DNA from: a virus
Taxonomy: Duplodnaviria > Caudoviricetes
IMG/VR virus record: IMGVR_UViG_3300029822_000006
Coordinates: 3,809-67,808 of that record
DNA: 64,000 nt
Direction: 5' to 3' (one strand)
Shown here: in pieces, positions 1-9,522 of the stretch
Layout of the letters: each line of letters opens with the position of its first letter
How positions within the stretch are numbered: position 1 is the stretch's first letter
The notes under the pieces: generated by a model
Seen by the model: the letters and a program-made list of their open reading frames with translations, nothing else
Told to the model about the DNA's origin: nothing
Database searches by the model: none
Translations under genes and position numbers: made by a program

Positions 1-720
1 GATATAACTGCTTATTTAAGAGTAATATTAAATCATAATAACAATGAAGCAATAAAAAGAATAATTAATATTCCTAATAGATATTTAGGAAATGCCTTTA
101 TTAATCAAATATCGAATTATGCAAGTTCACATAATGATTCAATATATAATTGTTTATTAGAAGATAGAATTGTAGGTAGTAAGAAATATTGGAGAAATGG
201 AGCAGAAGGATTATATAATATTATAGATAAATTATCAGAATTAGATATTCCAGTAAAAGGATTGATAAATGTAATAATAGAAAAAATAGAATATGTAGAA
301 TATTTACGAAAATTAAATGATGATAGTGATATTCAAGATAAAGTTGATAATATAAATGTATTTAAATCTGTATCTGAAAAATTTGATAATTTAAAGGAAT
401 TTTTAGAATACATAGATAAAATGATTAAAGAATCTTCTAAGAATGTTAACAAACAGGATAAGGTGAAACTATTAACGATACATCGTAGTAAAGGCTTGGA
501 ATTTCCTATTGTATTTTTAATAGATGTAAATATAGGACTTCTTCCCCATAAGCGATCAAATAATATTGAAGAAGAACGTAGAATTTGTTATGTGGGATTA
601 AGTAGAGGACAAAAAGAATTATATATTTCTTATACAGATACATATAATGGTTCAATTGCAGGTGAAAGTATTTTTATATCAAATATAAAAAGTAAAAATT
701 TTTTAAAGGAGATTAAATAA
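1..720 (+). CDS. UvrD/PcrA-family SF1 helicase, C-terminal part (5'-partial)
   Basis: Frame 1 is open from base 1 (DITAYLRVILN...IINIPNRYLG). Motifs LLTIHRSKGLEF and EEERRICYVGLSRGQKELYIS match UvrD/PcrA motifs V and VI. Confidence 0.9.
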   Translation, partial: DITAYLRVILNHNNNEAIKRIINIPNRYLGNAFINQISNYASSHNDSIYNCLLEDRIVGSKKYWRNGAEGLYNIIDKLSELDIPVKGLINVIIEKIEYVEYLRKLNDDSDIQDKVDNINVFKSVSEKFDNLKEFLEYIDKMIKESSKNVNKQDKVKLLTIHRSKGLEFPIVFLIDVNIGLLPHKRSNNIEEERRICYVGLSRGQKELYISYTDTYNGSIAGESIFISNIKSKNFLKEIK

Positions 721-2160
721 ATGAAAATGATATTTACAAATGATTTACCTAAATACAAAGAAGGTAGATATAAAAATAAGATTGACTGGAAAAATAGTCT
801 AGGTTATTTTATAAAAGGAATTTATGATGATATAAATTTTATAATACAAATTATTGATTATTATAAAAAAGATAATAAATATTATTTAAATATAAAATAT
901 AATAATAATATTTATTGTATTAGATTAGATCGATTTATAAATTGTGAATTACAAAATATTTTACATGAACAAGTATTTAATTATAAATATAATGTTGGAG
1001 ATATAATAATAGATGTTAAATCGGGAAAATTAAAAATATTAGAACAGATTAAAACAAAAAATAATATTAGATCATATAAATATAAATGTCTTATATGTAG
1101 AAATGAAGATATAATTAATGAATACAATTTAATAAATAATCATAATGGTTGTAATGTATGTTGTAGTCCATCTAAAAAAGTATTAAAAGGCTATAATGAT
1201 ATGTGGACTACCAATCCTGAATTAGCTAAGTTATTGACAAATCCTAACGATGGTTATAAATATACTCAAAATAGTCATAATAAAGTTGATTGGAAATGTT
1301 CAGTTTGTGGAACTATTATTAAAAATAAAAGAATAAGTATGGTATATGATCAAGGATTAAGTTGTCCTAAATGTTCGGACGGAGTATCATATCCAGAGAA
1401 ATTTGTCTTCAATATTCTACAACAATTAAATATAGAATTTATATATCAATTAACTAGAACGACATTCAAATGGTGTGATAATTGTAGATATGATTTTTAT
1501 TTTAAAATAAATAATGAAGATTATATAATTGAGACACATGGAATGGGTCATTATCAAGAAGGATTTATTAGTTATGGAGGTAAAACGTTAAAAGAAATAC
1601 AAGAGAACGATGAAACAAAGAAAGAATTAGCTTTACAAAACGGAATTAAGGAAAATAATTATATAGTTATTGATTGTAGATATTCTACTTTAGATTGGAT
1701 AAAAGAACATACAATTGACAGTGAATTAAATAATATATTTGATTTATCTAAAATAGATTGGCTAGAATGCCATGAACATACGTGTAGTTCATTAGTGAAG
1801 AAAGCTTGTGAATTATGGAATAGTGGTATTGAAAATACAGTTAAAATAGGCAAATTATTAAAATTAGAAAGAAGTACAATAGTAAGATATTTGAAACAAG
1901 GGAAATTGCTAGATTGGTGTAATTATAATCCTAAAAAAGTAATGAAATATAATGGTCAAAGAAATAACATAAAAGTAATTTGTTTAAATAATAATAAAAT
2001 ATTTAAATCTTTAAAAGAAGCAAGTATTTATTATAATCTTAAATCTTTAACTAATATTACAAATTGTTGTAGAGGTAAGCAAAAATCAGCAGGAAAAGAT
2101 CCAATTACCAAAGAAAAATTACATTGGATGTATTATGAAGACTATATGCAAGAAAAATAA
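721..2160 (+). CDS. free-standing homing-type endonuclease (zinc ribbons + Vsr/EDxHD-like PD-(D/E)XK domain + NUMOD1-like C-terminus)
   Basis: Several CxxC pairs; SYPEKFVFNIL...RYDFYF...IIETHGMGHY; C-terminal KVICLNNNKIFKSLKEAS...ITNCCRG. Confidence 0.7.
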   Translation: MKMIFTNDLPKYKEGRYKNKIDWKNSLGYFIKGIYDDINFIIQIIDYYKKDNKYYLNIKYNNNIYCIRLDRFINCELQNILHEQVFNYKYNVGDIIIDVKSGKLKILEQIKTKNNIRSYKYKCLICRNEDIINEYNLINNHNGCNVCCSPSKKVLKGYNDMWTTNPELAKLLTNPNDGYKYTQNSHNKVDWKCSVCGTIIKNKRISMVYDQGLSCPKCSDGVSYPEKFVFNILQQLNIEFIYQLTRTTFKWCDNCRYDFYFKINNEDYIIETHGMGHYQEGFISYGGKTLKEIQENDETKKELALQNGIKENNYIVIDCRYSTLDWIKEHTIDSELNNIFDLSKIDWLECHEHTCSSLVKKACELWNSGIENTVKIGKLLKLERSTIVRYLKQGKLLDWCNYNPKKVMKYNGQRNNIKVICLNNNKIFKSLKEASIYYNLKSLTNITNCCRGKQKSAGKDPITKEKLHWMYYEDYMQEK

Positions 2161-2197
2161 ATTGAAATTAAAAATGTTTAAGAGAGGATAATTTGTT

Positions 2198-2254
2198 ATG
2201 CATAATGGAAGTATTGTTGGATCAAGTGAATTTATATCTAATATGAAAAAATAA
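2198..2254 (+). pseudogene. orphan duplicate of the helicase C-terminus
   Basis: Encodes NGSIVGSSEFISNMK, versus helicase NGSIAGESIFISNIK at 646-690 (11/15 identical). Confidence 0.6.
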
Positions 2255-2277
2255 ATTCAAAATTTTCTAAAAATATA

Positions 2278-2306
2278 TTGACTAAAGATTAAATAATTGA
2301 TATAAT
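2278..2306 (+). promoter_or_regulatory. sigmaA-type promoter
   Basis: TTGACT-17 bp-TATAAT. Confidence 0.7.
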
Positions 2307-2336
2307 AAAAATATGGAAGGAGGTGAGTAATAAGTA

Positions 2337-2513
2337 ATGAAAGATAATATTATTTCATTAGAAGAGATAGAAAAATTTGTGGAAGTAATAAATACACAAA
2401 GACCTTATGGAATGAAATACATATTTGACAAAGAAAATAATGCTTGTTACTGGATACCAATTGAAGAAGAATTAAATAATTTAAAATTGAGAAATGGGCT
2501 AAAAGAAATATAG
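2337..2513 (+). CDS. small hypothetical protein (58 aa, not in ORF track)
   Basis: AAGGAGG upstream; MKDNIISLEEIEKF...GLKEI*. Confidence 0.55.
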   Translation: MKDNIISLEEIEKFVEVINTQRPYGMKYIFDKENNACYWIPIEEELNNLKLRNGLKEI

Positions 2514-2540
2514 TTAATTAAAGGAAGTGAAGATTAAATA

Positions 2541-2780
2541 ATGAATGAAAATGATAAATTGTTTAATGAATTAATAAAAGATGGCAAGGATTTTAAAGAA
2601 GCATTAGGTTTAACAGATGAAAAGGTATATGAGTTATTGAATAGAAGGGATAAAAACATTGATGAATTATTAGATAGTGATATTTGTATTGAATCAATGT
2701 TAAACTTTAATAATAGAAAAAAGATTAAAGAATATTTTGATAAACATTATAAAGAAACTGAAGAAGAAAAAAATATTTGA
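2541..2780 (+). CDS. hypothetical protein
   Basis: ORF with upstream AAGGA. Confidence 0.55.
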   Translation: MNENDKLFNELIKDGKDFKEALGLTDEKVYELLNRRDKNIDELLDSDICIESMLNFNNRKKIKEYFDKHYKETEEEKNI

Positions 2781-2806
2781 AGATTGGAAAGAGAGGAGAT
2801 TAAAAA

Positions 2807-3037
2807 ATGGAAAACAATAAAAATAAAAAAAATAAATTATTAAAAAGTGAGGATGATTTTATCTTTACAGAAGGATTTGATAAAGTTGTTGAAAGCATAG
2901 GAGAAGAAGAGTATGCAAAAATCAAAAAAGAGTTAGATGAAATTTGTAGTAAATTGCCTATACATGAATGTAAAGACGGGGTGATATTATTAGATAGAAA
3001 TAATCCTGATGATGTTGATTGGTATAATGAAGATTAA
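2807..3037 (+). CDS. hypothetical protein
   Basis: ORF with GAGGAG RBS. Confidence 0.6.
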   Translation: MENNKNKKNKLLKSEDDFIFTEGFDKVVESIGEEEYAKIKKELDEICSKLPIHECKDGVILLDRNNPDDVDWYNED

Positions 3038-3053
3038 TAATTAAATAAAGGAG

Positions 3054-3848
3054 ATGGTTGTTATTAACATATTAAATATAAAAGAAATATTAGATAAAGT
3101 ACATCCTAAAGATTGTATAGAATTTATGAAAACATTACCTGATAAATGTATAAATCTTATTATAGCAGATCCACCATATAATCAAGTGGTAGATAAAAAA
3201 TGGGATAATCAATGGAAAACTGAACAAGAATATTTAGATTGGTGTATAGAATGGATTAAAGAATGTAGTAGAATTTTAACAGACAATGGTAGTATTTACA
3301 TATGGGGTGGTATGGGAGATAAAACTATTAATTTTGCTAAATTAATTTGTGCTATTGAATATAATATAACTACTTTAACTAGAAAAAATGTAATAACAGT
3401 AAAAAGGAATAAAGGTCGAGGAAGTAATAAAAATTATATGCCTTGTAGAGAAGAATTAATATGGTTAGTAAAAAATCCTAAAGATTTTGTATTTAATAAA
3501 CCATATACTAGTGAATTAAAAAAGAAATATGGATATAAAAATAATAAAGATAAACCAGATTATAAAGTTGCAGGGAATATATGGACAGATATAACATTTC
3601 CTTGGTGGGGTAGTAAAGATGAACCATATATAAATGCTTGTCAGAAACCATTAAAAGCTTGTGATAGAATAATACAAACATCTAGTAATGAAAGAGATTT
3701 AGTTTACATACCTTTTGCTGGTAGTGGTTCTGAAATAATCAGTTGTATGAATAATAATAGATTATGGGTAGCCACAGAATTAGAAGAAAATAGTATAAAC
3801 AATATTATTACACCTAGAATAAATAAATTAAATAATAAGACAAATTGA
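3054..3848 (+). CDS. DNA N6-adenine/N4-cytosine methyltransferase (beta class)
   Basis: Catalytic IIADPPY precedes SAM-binding PFAGSGS; QKP motif. Confidence 0.9.
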   Translation: MVVINILNIKEILDKVHPKDCIEFMKTLPDKCINLIIADPPYNQVVDKKWDNQWKTEQEYLDWCIEWIKECSRILTDNGSIYIWGGMGDKTINFAKLICAIEYNITTLTRKNVITVKRNKGRGSNKNYMPCREELIWLVKNPKDFVFNKPYTSELKKKYGYKNNKDKPDYKVAGNIWTDITFPWWGSKDEPYINACQKPLKACDRIIQTSSNERDLVYIPFAGSGSEIISCMNNNRLWVATELEENSINNIITPRINKLNNKTN

Positions 3849-3888
3849 TATTTTGTTTAAGTTTTAGTATACTATAATAAAAAAGGAA

Positions 3889-4101
3889 GTGTTTTTATAT
3901 ATGTGGTATTTAGTTGTTAATGATAATTCAGAAAGATTTTTTATTAAAAAGAAAGATGATAATATAGTATATTTTACAAAAGAAAATTCCAATATATTAC
4001 AAGAAAAAGAATTACGAGAATTAAGAGACAATAATTTTAAAGTAGTTGGTGAAGCTTTCACATATGAAATTAAAAAATTAGATAAATTACTTATAATATA
4101 A
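3889..4101 (+). CDS. hypothetical protein
   Basis: ORF with AAGGAAG upstream. Confidence 0.5.
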   Translation: MFLYMWYLVVNDNSERFFIKKKDDNIVYFTKENSNILQEKELRELRDNNFKVVGEAFTYEIKKLDKLLII

Positions 4102-4106
4102 AGAAG

Positions 4107-4748
4107 GTGAACAAAATATTACTACCAAATAATTACCAAAATAAAAATGAAAGCAAGGAACACTATGAGTTAAAACAAATTGCCAAATACATATTAAAAT
4201 CGAAAAATTGTAATGTAATAGGAGAAGAAATCAATATAGGTAAAGGATGATATTATCTTAATGAATACGATCAATTTAATAAAAATAAACTAGATAAAAG
4301 TATTATTGATACAATAGGATTAATTATTAAAGGATGTTTTTCTCCTAGAAAGGAGCCAGTATTTAAATCTATAGGTATAGAAGCTAAAGTAAGTCTTGCA
4401 GATTTCAAGAATGGCTTCTGTACAATGTGTGAGAGGATTTATATTATAGCTCCTAAAGGAATAATACCTATTGAATTATTACCACCTAAAATAGGGCTTA
4501 TAGAAGTAAATTTAAAGGATTATAAGATTGTATATAATAATAAAGATAATAAGTTTGAATTTAGTGGGATTAATGAAGTAGTTAAGGCTAGAAGCTATTT
4601 AGATGAATACTTTGGAAAGAATAAAGTTAAAGCTAAAGATAATAAGAAGTATCAGCAATGGTGTAAGCAAATGTTGAGAATGATTGGTAGTAGATATACT
4701 ATTGATGGGTTATTTAAGAAGTATGAGATTAATGTAGAATTTAAATAA
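4107..4748 (+). pseudogene. PD-(D/E)XK nuclease-like gene (MmcB-like) with in-frame TGA at 4248-4250
   Basis: GTG at 4107 after AGAAG; one continuous frame except the TGA; IDTIG...IGIEAKVSLADFKNG...IYIIAPKGII motif. ORF track shows only 4425-4748. Confidence 0.65.
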
Positions 4749-4767
4749 TGATTAAATAAGAAGGGGT

Positions 4768-5571
4768 ATGATTAAAATAAATAAAAAATTAAATAATATT
4801 TATAATGAGGATTGTATAGAATTTATGAGAACTTTACCAAATGAAAGTGTAGATTTGATTATAGCAGATCCACCTTATTATAAAATACATGGAGAATTTG
4901 ATTTTATATGGAATACAGTAGATGAATACATAGATTGGTGTAAACAATGGATATTAGAATGTAAAAGGATTTTAAAACCTATTGGAAGTTTTTATATGTG
5001 GGGAAAAATTGGATTTAATAATGGTTATCCTATGTTTAAATTAGCAGATTGGATTGAAAATAATAAATTATTTGTAGTTAGAAATTGGATAACTCAACGC
5101 AATACAAGAGGTCGTGGTAATAAGAAAGGATATATGGAAGCAAGAGAAGAATTGTTGTTTATGACAAAATCAGATAATTATATATGGAATCCAGCATATA
5201 CAAAAGATAAATCTATTCGTAAAGATTTAGGAGCAGATGGCAAACCTAGAAAAAATGAATTTAAAAGATGTTCTGATGTATGGATAGATATAACTGAAGC
5301 TTCTCAAAGTAGTAAACAACGTTTTAAATTAAAAGATGGAACAAATTTTCCTACAGTAAAAGCACAAAGATTATGTGATAGAATAATACAAGCTTCTAGT
5401 GATATAAGTGATATAGTATATATACCGTTTGCGGGTTCGGGTAGTGAAATTGAGTCATGTACTAATAATAATAGAAATTGGATTGCTACAGAAATAAATA
5501 AAGAATATATAGATGATATTATTATGCCTAGATTAAGTAAGATAAATAGCAAGGAGGAATCTATGAAATAA
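4768..5571 (+). CDS. DNA N6-adenine/N4-cytosine methyltransferase (beta class), paralogue of 3054
   Basis: IIADPPY, REELL, CDRII and YIPFAGSGSEI are shared with the 3054 gene. Confidence 0.9.
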   Translation: MIKINKKLNNIYNEDCIEFMRTLPNESVDLIIADPPYYKIHGEFDFIWNTVDEYIDWCKQWILECKRILKPIGSFYMWGKIGFNNGYPMFKLADWIENNKLFVVRNWITQRNTRGRGNKKGYMEAREELLFMTKSDNYIWNPAYTKDKSIRKDLGADGKPRKNEFKRCSDVWIDITEASQSSKQRFKLKDGTNFPTVKAQRLCDRIIQASSDISDIVYIPFAGSGSEIESCTNNNRNWIATEINKEYIDDIIMPRLSKINSKEESMK

Positions 5572-5909
5572 TGTTTAATGAATTTGGACATAGCACGAAG
5601 ATATATTGTGATTTAACTAAAGGAATGACTACATATAAATTAAGTGAAGAAGATATACATAAAATTGATGAAAGATTAAATAATAAGGTGTTACCTAATC
5701 AAAAGAAATTAGATAGAGAATATAAAGGATATACTGGATATTGGCGAGTAAATAGAAAGAATAAGATGAATAGTTATCGTAGTAGTAAACAAAGAGATAA
5801 GAATGGTAAATTAACTAAACAACAGTTCATGGCTTTATATTATAGGGATATTAATAGGAAATTAAATAATAAGAAGAAACAGATAGGAGGTGGCGAAGTT
5901 GCATTATAG
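5571..5909 (+). CDS. hypothetical protein
   Basis: ORF with AAGGAGG upstream; coupled to the MTase stop. Confidence 0.55.
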   Translation: MFNEFGHSTKIYCDLTKGMTTYKLSEEDIHKIDERLNNKVLPNQKKLDREYKGYTGYWRVNRKNKMNSYRSSKQRDKNGKLTKQQFMALYYRDINRKLNNKKKQIGGGEVAL

Positions 5910-5943
5910 AAGATGCTTGTAACTTTCTATTTGCAATATAATT

Positions 5944-6204
5944 ATGATTGATAATAAAAGAATTTTTGAAACAGAAGATATAGATAGAGTACAAGAAATA
6001 TATGAGGATATGACTGAGAGTTTTAATGGGCGAGGAATTAAATATGATAATACTAGATATGCTAAGTTATTTAAAAGTTTATGGGGAAATGATAATTGGA
6101 GAGAATATTTTTATAGTATTTATGGAGATGATTTTGAGGAATTTAAGAAAGATTATGAGTTTGAATTAAATGAATTTATAGATAATGAACATGTAAAAAT
6201 ATAA
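5944..6204 (+). CDS. hypothetical protein
   Basis: ORF only; start uncertain. Confidence 0.45.
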   Translation: MIDNKRIFETEDIDRVQEIYEDMTESFNGRGIKYDNTRYAKLFKSLWGNDNWREYFYSIYGDDFEEFKKDYEFELNEFIDNEHVKI

Positions 6205-6224
6205 GATAAAGGGGAGATTAAATA

Positions 6225-6815
6225 ATGACTTCAATTGTTGGTTATATTGATAGAGAAAATGGAATTACATACCTTGGAGGAGATAGTTTAGCTTCTAATA
6301 GTTATTATAAGGAAGTTATAAAACAAAGAAAAGTATTTAAATCTAATGATAGTAAAAATATGATTATTGGTTTTAGTGGAGCATTAAGAGATTTAGATTT
6401 ATTAACTTATGCGGAGAATTTAATAGATAAAAGAGATGAACCTAATATAGATCATAAATATATGGTTACTAAATTTATACCAAATATAATACAATTATTT
6501 AAAAATAATGATAGAAATGATAATTGTAGAGGAGTAAGTGAAATAGAAAGTTGTTTTCTTGTAGCTTATAAAGATAAATTGTGGACTATAGAAAGCAATT
6601 ATTGTGTAACTGAACTGGTAACTAATTATACTGTTATAGGTAGTGGAATGTATTATGCTTTAGGAAGTTTAAAGACTACTGAAGGTATGGATTTAACACC
6701 TATTGAGAAAATTCATTTAGCATTACAATCAGCTAGTGAATTTGCTCCAGAAGTAGCACCACCATTTTATATTATTAATACTGAAAATGATGATGTAGTA
6801 GAATTTAAAGATTGA
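6225..6815 (+). CDS. HslV/ClpQ-like Ntn-hydrolase protease
   Basis: N-terminal M-T-S-I-V-G (Thr nucleophile), GGDS, RKVF, GFSG, IGSG..YALG. Confidence 0.75.
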   Translation: MTSIVGYIDRENGITYLGGDSLASNSYYKEVIKQRKVFKSNDSKNMIIGFSGALRDLDLLTYAENLIDKRDEPNIDHKYMVTKFIPNIIQLFKNNDRNDNCRGVSEIESCFLVAYKDKLWTIESNYCVTELVTNYTVIGSGMYYALGSLKTTEGMDLTPIEKIHLALQSASEFAPEVAPPFYIINTENDDVVEFKD

Positions 6816-6833
6816 TAAAGGAGTGATAATTAA

Positions 6834-7883
6834 ATGATGCCAATAAAACATAGTGATTGTTTTAAAGACTTAGGAAGTAATTCAGCACAAATGACATTGC
6901 GTAGATTAGATAAGAACTGGAAGAGTTTCTTTGAAGGTGTTAAAAAATATAAGAAACATCCAGAAAAATTTTTAGGTAGACCAAAAATTCCTAAATATAA
7001 AGAGAAAAATGGAAGATTTGTTTTAGAATTAACTAATATGCAAACTCATATTAAAGATAGCTATTTATATTTTGCTTGGAAACCTCTTAGACATTTTAAT
7101 AATAAAATGAAAACTAATGTAAAGGGTAGATTATTACAGACTAGATTTGTGCCTAAGAATAATTGTTATATATTAGAAATTGTATATGAATTAAATATTT
7201 TTGATATAGAAGATAAAGAATCTAAAAATATATGCAGTATTGATTTAGGAATTAATAACTTTGTAACTATAGTAAATAACATAGGGATTATACCTATTGT
7301 TATTAATGGCAAAGGAATTAAATCATATAATCAATACTGGAATAAACAAATAAGTAAATATAAATCTATACTTAAAAAAATAAATAATAAAGATTGGAGT
7401 AATAGATTAGATAGGTTGACATTAAAAAGATACAATAAATTAAATAATTTTTTACATAAAGCTTCAAAACAAGTAATTGAATATTGCAGATGTTTAGATA
7501 TTGATACAATTATAATTGGTAAGAATGATGGTTGGAAACAAAATAGTAAGTTAAATAAAAAGATTAATCAGGGTTTTATACAATTACCTTATAATGATTT
7601 TATTAATATGGTGGAATATAAAGCAGAAAACATAGGAGTTAAAGTAATTTTAACTGAAGAATCTTATACTAGTGGAACCTCATTTTTAGATGAAGAATTG
7701 CCTATTAAAGAAAATTATAATAAAACAAGACGTGTTAAAAGAGGTTTATTTAAATCAAATAATGGTAGATTAATAAATAGTGATGTAAATGGAGCCTATC
7801 AAATAATGAAGAAAGTATTTCCAAAGGTGTTTGCCAATGGAATAGAGGGTGTACATTTACATCCAATAATTATGAATTTATAA
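6834..7883 (+). CDS. tnpB: TnpB-family nuclease, N-terminally truncated
   Basis: LDKNWKSFF, RuvC-I IDLGINN, IIIGKN...EESYTS, RuvC-III NSDVNGA. Lacks the LYNxANY segment present in the 18512 TnpB. Confidence 0.85.
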   Translation: MMPIKHSDCFKDLGSNSAQMTLRRLDKNWKSFFEGVKKYKKHPEKFLGRPKIPKYKEKNGRFVLELTNMQTHIKDSYLYFAWKPLRHFNNKMKTNVKGRLLQTRFVPKNNCYILEIVYELNIFDIEDKESKNICSIDLGINNFVTIVNNIGIIPIVINGKGIKSYNQYWNKQISKYKSILKKINNKDWSNRLDRLTLKRYNKLNNFLHKASKQVIEYCRCLDIDTIIIGKNDGWKQNSKLNKKINQGFIQLPYNDFINMVEYKAENIGVKVILTEESYTSGTSFLDEELPIKENYNKTRRVKRGLFKSNNGRLINSDVNGAYQIMKKVFPKVFANGIEGVHLHPIIMNL

Positions 7884-7949
7884 TTATAAATGATTTTTTA
7901 AAAGTCAATAAATGTTAGTTTTTATTTGAACTGAAAGGAGAGAAAATTT

Positions 7950-8558
7950 ATGGAAACCATAGTTAAAGGAAAACATATAAAATATAATTATTCTGTATCA
8001 GATTGGTTTTTTCCATTTTTGCGTACATATAGATTTATTAGTCCTTGGTTTCATTCTGATAAAAATGGAAAAGTAAAACAGTATAATAACAGTATAAATA
8101 TGATACGAGAATTTATAGTTGATTTACAAAAACTTAATATTAAAAAATTTATAAATACAAATAAAATAGTATTAAATTATGAAACTTTTTATAATAGTAA
8201 AGAATTAGATTTTCAATTACATGATAATAATGAATTGTATATTGGAGAAAATATTTATAAAGTTGAAAAGGTGGTAGGTACAGATAAAAATCAAATTATA
8301 TATTATGTAAATAAAGAGTTGAGTATTATTGATAATGTTGAACAATATAAAGAAGTAGAAAATGAAATTAAAAGAATAATAAATATTAAAATTTTTAAAT
8401 TAGAATCATATATTAAAGAATATCAACAAGATATACAGTGTATTATAGAACAGAATAATAAAATGAGAGAAGGTAAATATAATGAAAGTTTAAAAGAAGA
8501 TAATAATAAAGAATCTTGGATAAAAAGAGTTGTGAAAAAATATATAAAGATTAAATAA
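7950..8558 (+). CDS. hypothetical protein
   Basis: ORF with AAAGGAG RBS. Confidence 0.6.
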   Translation: METIVKGKHIKYNYSVSDWFFPFLRTYRFISPWFHSDKNGKVKQYNNSINMIREFIVDLQKLNIKKFINTNKIVLNYETFYNSKELDFQLHDNNELYIGENIYKVEKVVGTDKNQIIYYVNKELSIIDNVEQYKEVENEIKRIINIKIFKLESYIKEYQQDIQCIIEQNNKMREGKYNESLKEDNNKESWIKRVVKKYIKIK

Positions 8559-8586
8559 TATAAATAAAAAAAGGAGAGATATTAAT

Positions 8587-9501
8587 ATGAAAGAAATTGA
8601 ATTATTAACAAAGAAAGAATCTAGAGAAAGTGTTATAGGCAGAACTGAAGTATTAGACAAAGTAGGAGATTTACTATTGCTACCAAATAGCGAAAAGGCT
8701 ATTACTAAACAGGTAGCTACATATTATGGCGTAGGAATAGAAGCAATTAATTCATTAGTAAAAGATAATAGAGATGAAATTACAAGTGATGGAAGTAGGG
8801 TTATTTCTCGAAAAGAAAGCGAAGAGTTTTTTAAAAGTTCTACAAGGACTTTCAAAAATACAAAAGGAAAAATGGTTATAAATTTAAAAGATGGTACAGA
8901 ATTAAATATAACTAATAGAGGTATTAGAATTTTTCCTAAGAGAGCAATATTAAGAGTTGGTATGTTACTTAGAGATAGTGAAATCGCTAAAGAAATTAGA
9001 ACTAGATTATTAGATATTGTACATGATACAGAAAAGCAAATTCCAGAAATAATACATAACGTAGTCAATGAAATCAGTGAAGAAAAACAATTAATGTTAG
9101 ATAGAGTTGAAGCAGAAATAAATGGAGATTATGATAAAGTATCAGTGGTTAATGCAAAATTATTTAACCTTAAAAATAAAAGAATAGAAGAATTAGAAAA
9201 TGAAAATAAACAAATAACAACTCATGCATTAACTATAATAGAATCTAGAAGTGTAATAAATAGAATAGTTAGAACTATAGCTATGAGAGAATATAATAGT
9301 ATGTTTGGAAAAGCTTTTGGTGATTTGTATGCAAAAGTAAATTACATATTAGGAATTAACATTAAAGCCAGAGATAAAAAGAAAAGTGAAAGTTATTTAG
9401 ATACTCTAACAGAGAAAGAAACTTTTGAAGTAGAAAAGATTGTTAGAAATTGGGCAGTAAAAGTTGGAATAGATTTAGATGAATTATTAAAGATAGCTTA
9501 A
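8587..9501 (+). CDS. phage antirepressor-like DNA-binding protein
   Basis: KQVATYYGV...IFPKRAILRVGMLLRDSEIAKEIRTRLLD helical N-terminal domain followed by a coiled coil. Confidence 0.55.
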   Translation: MKEIELLTKKESRESVIGRTEVLDKVGDLLLLPNSEKAITKQVATYYGVGIEAINSLVKDNRDEITSDGSRVISRKESEEFFKSSTRTFKNTKGKMVINLKDGTELNITNRGIRIFPKRAILRVGMLLRDSEIAKEIRTRLLDIVHDTEKQIPEIIHNVVNEISEEKQLMLDRVEAEINGDYDKVSVVNAKLFNLKNKRIEELENENKQITTHALTIIESRSVINRIVRTIAMREYNSMFGKAFGDLYAKVNYILGINIKARDKKKSESYLDTLTEKETFEVEKIVRNWAVKVGIDLDELLKIA

Positions 9502-9522
9502 TAATTAAACAATAGAAAGAAG

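Noticed and set aside
4248-4250. Genome-wide TGA recoding (alternative genetic code)
   Set aside because: TGA ends several intact genes (2780, 3848, 6815, 14370, 63730), and long genes read through under the standard code.
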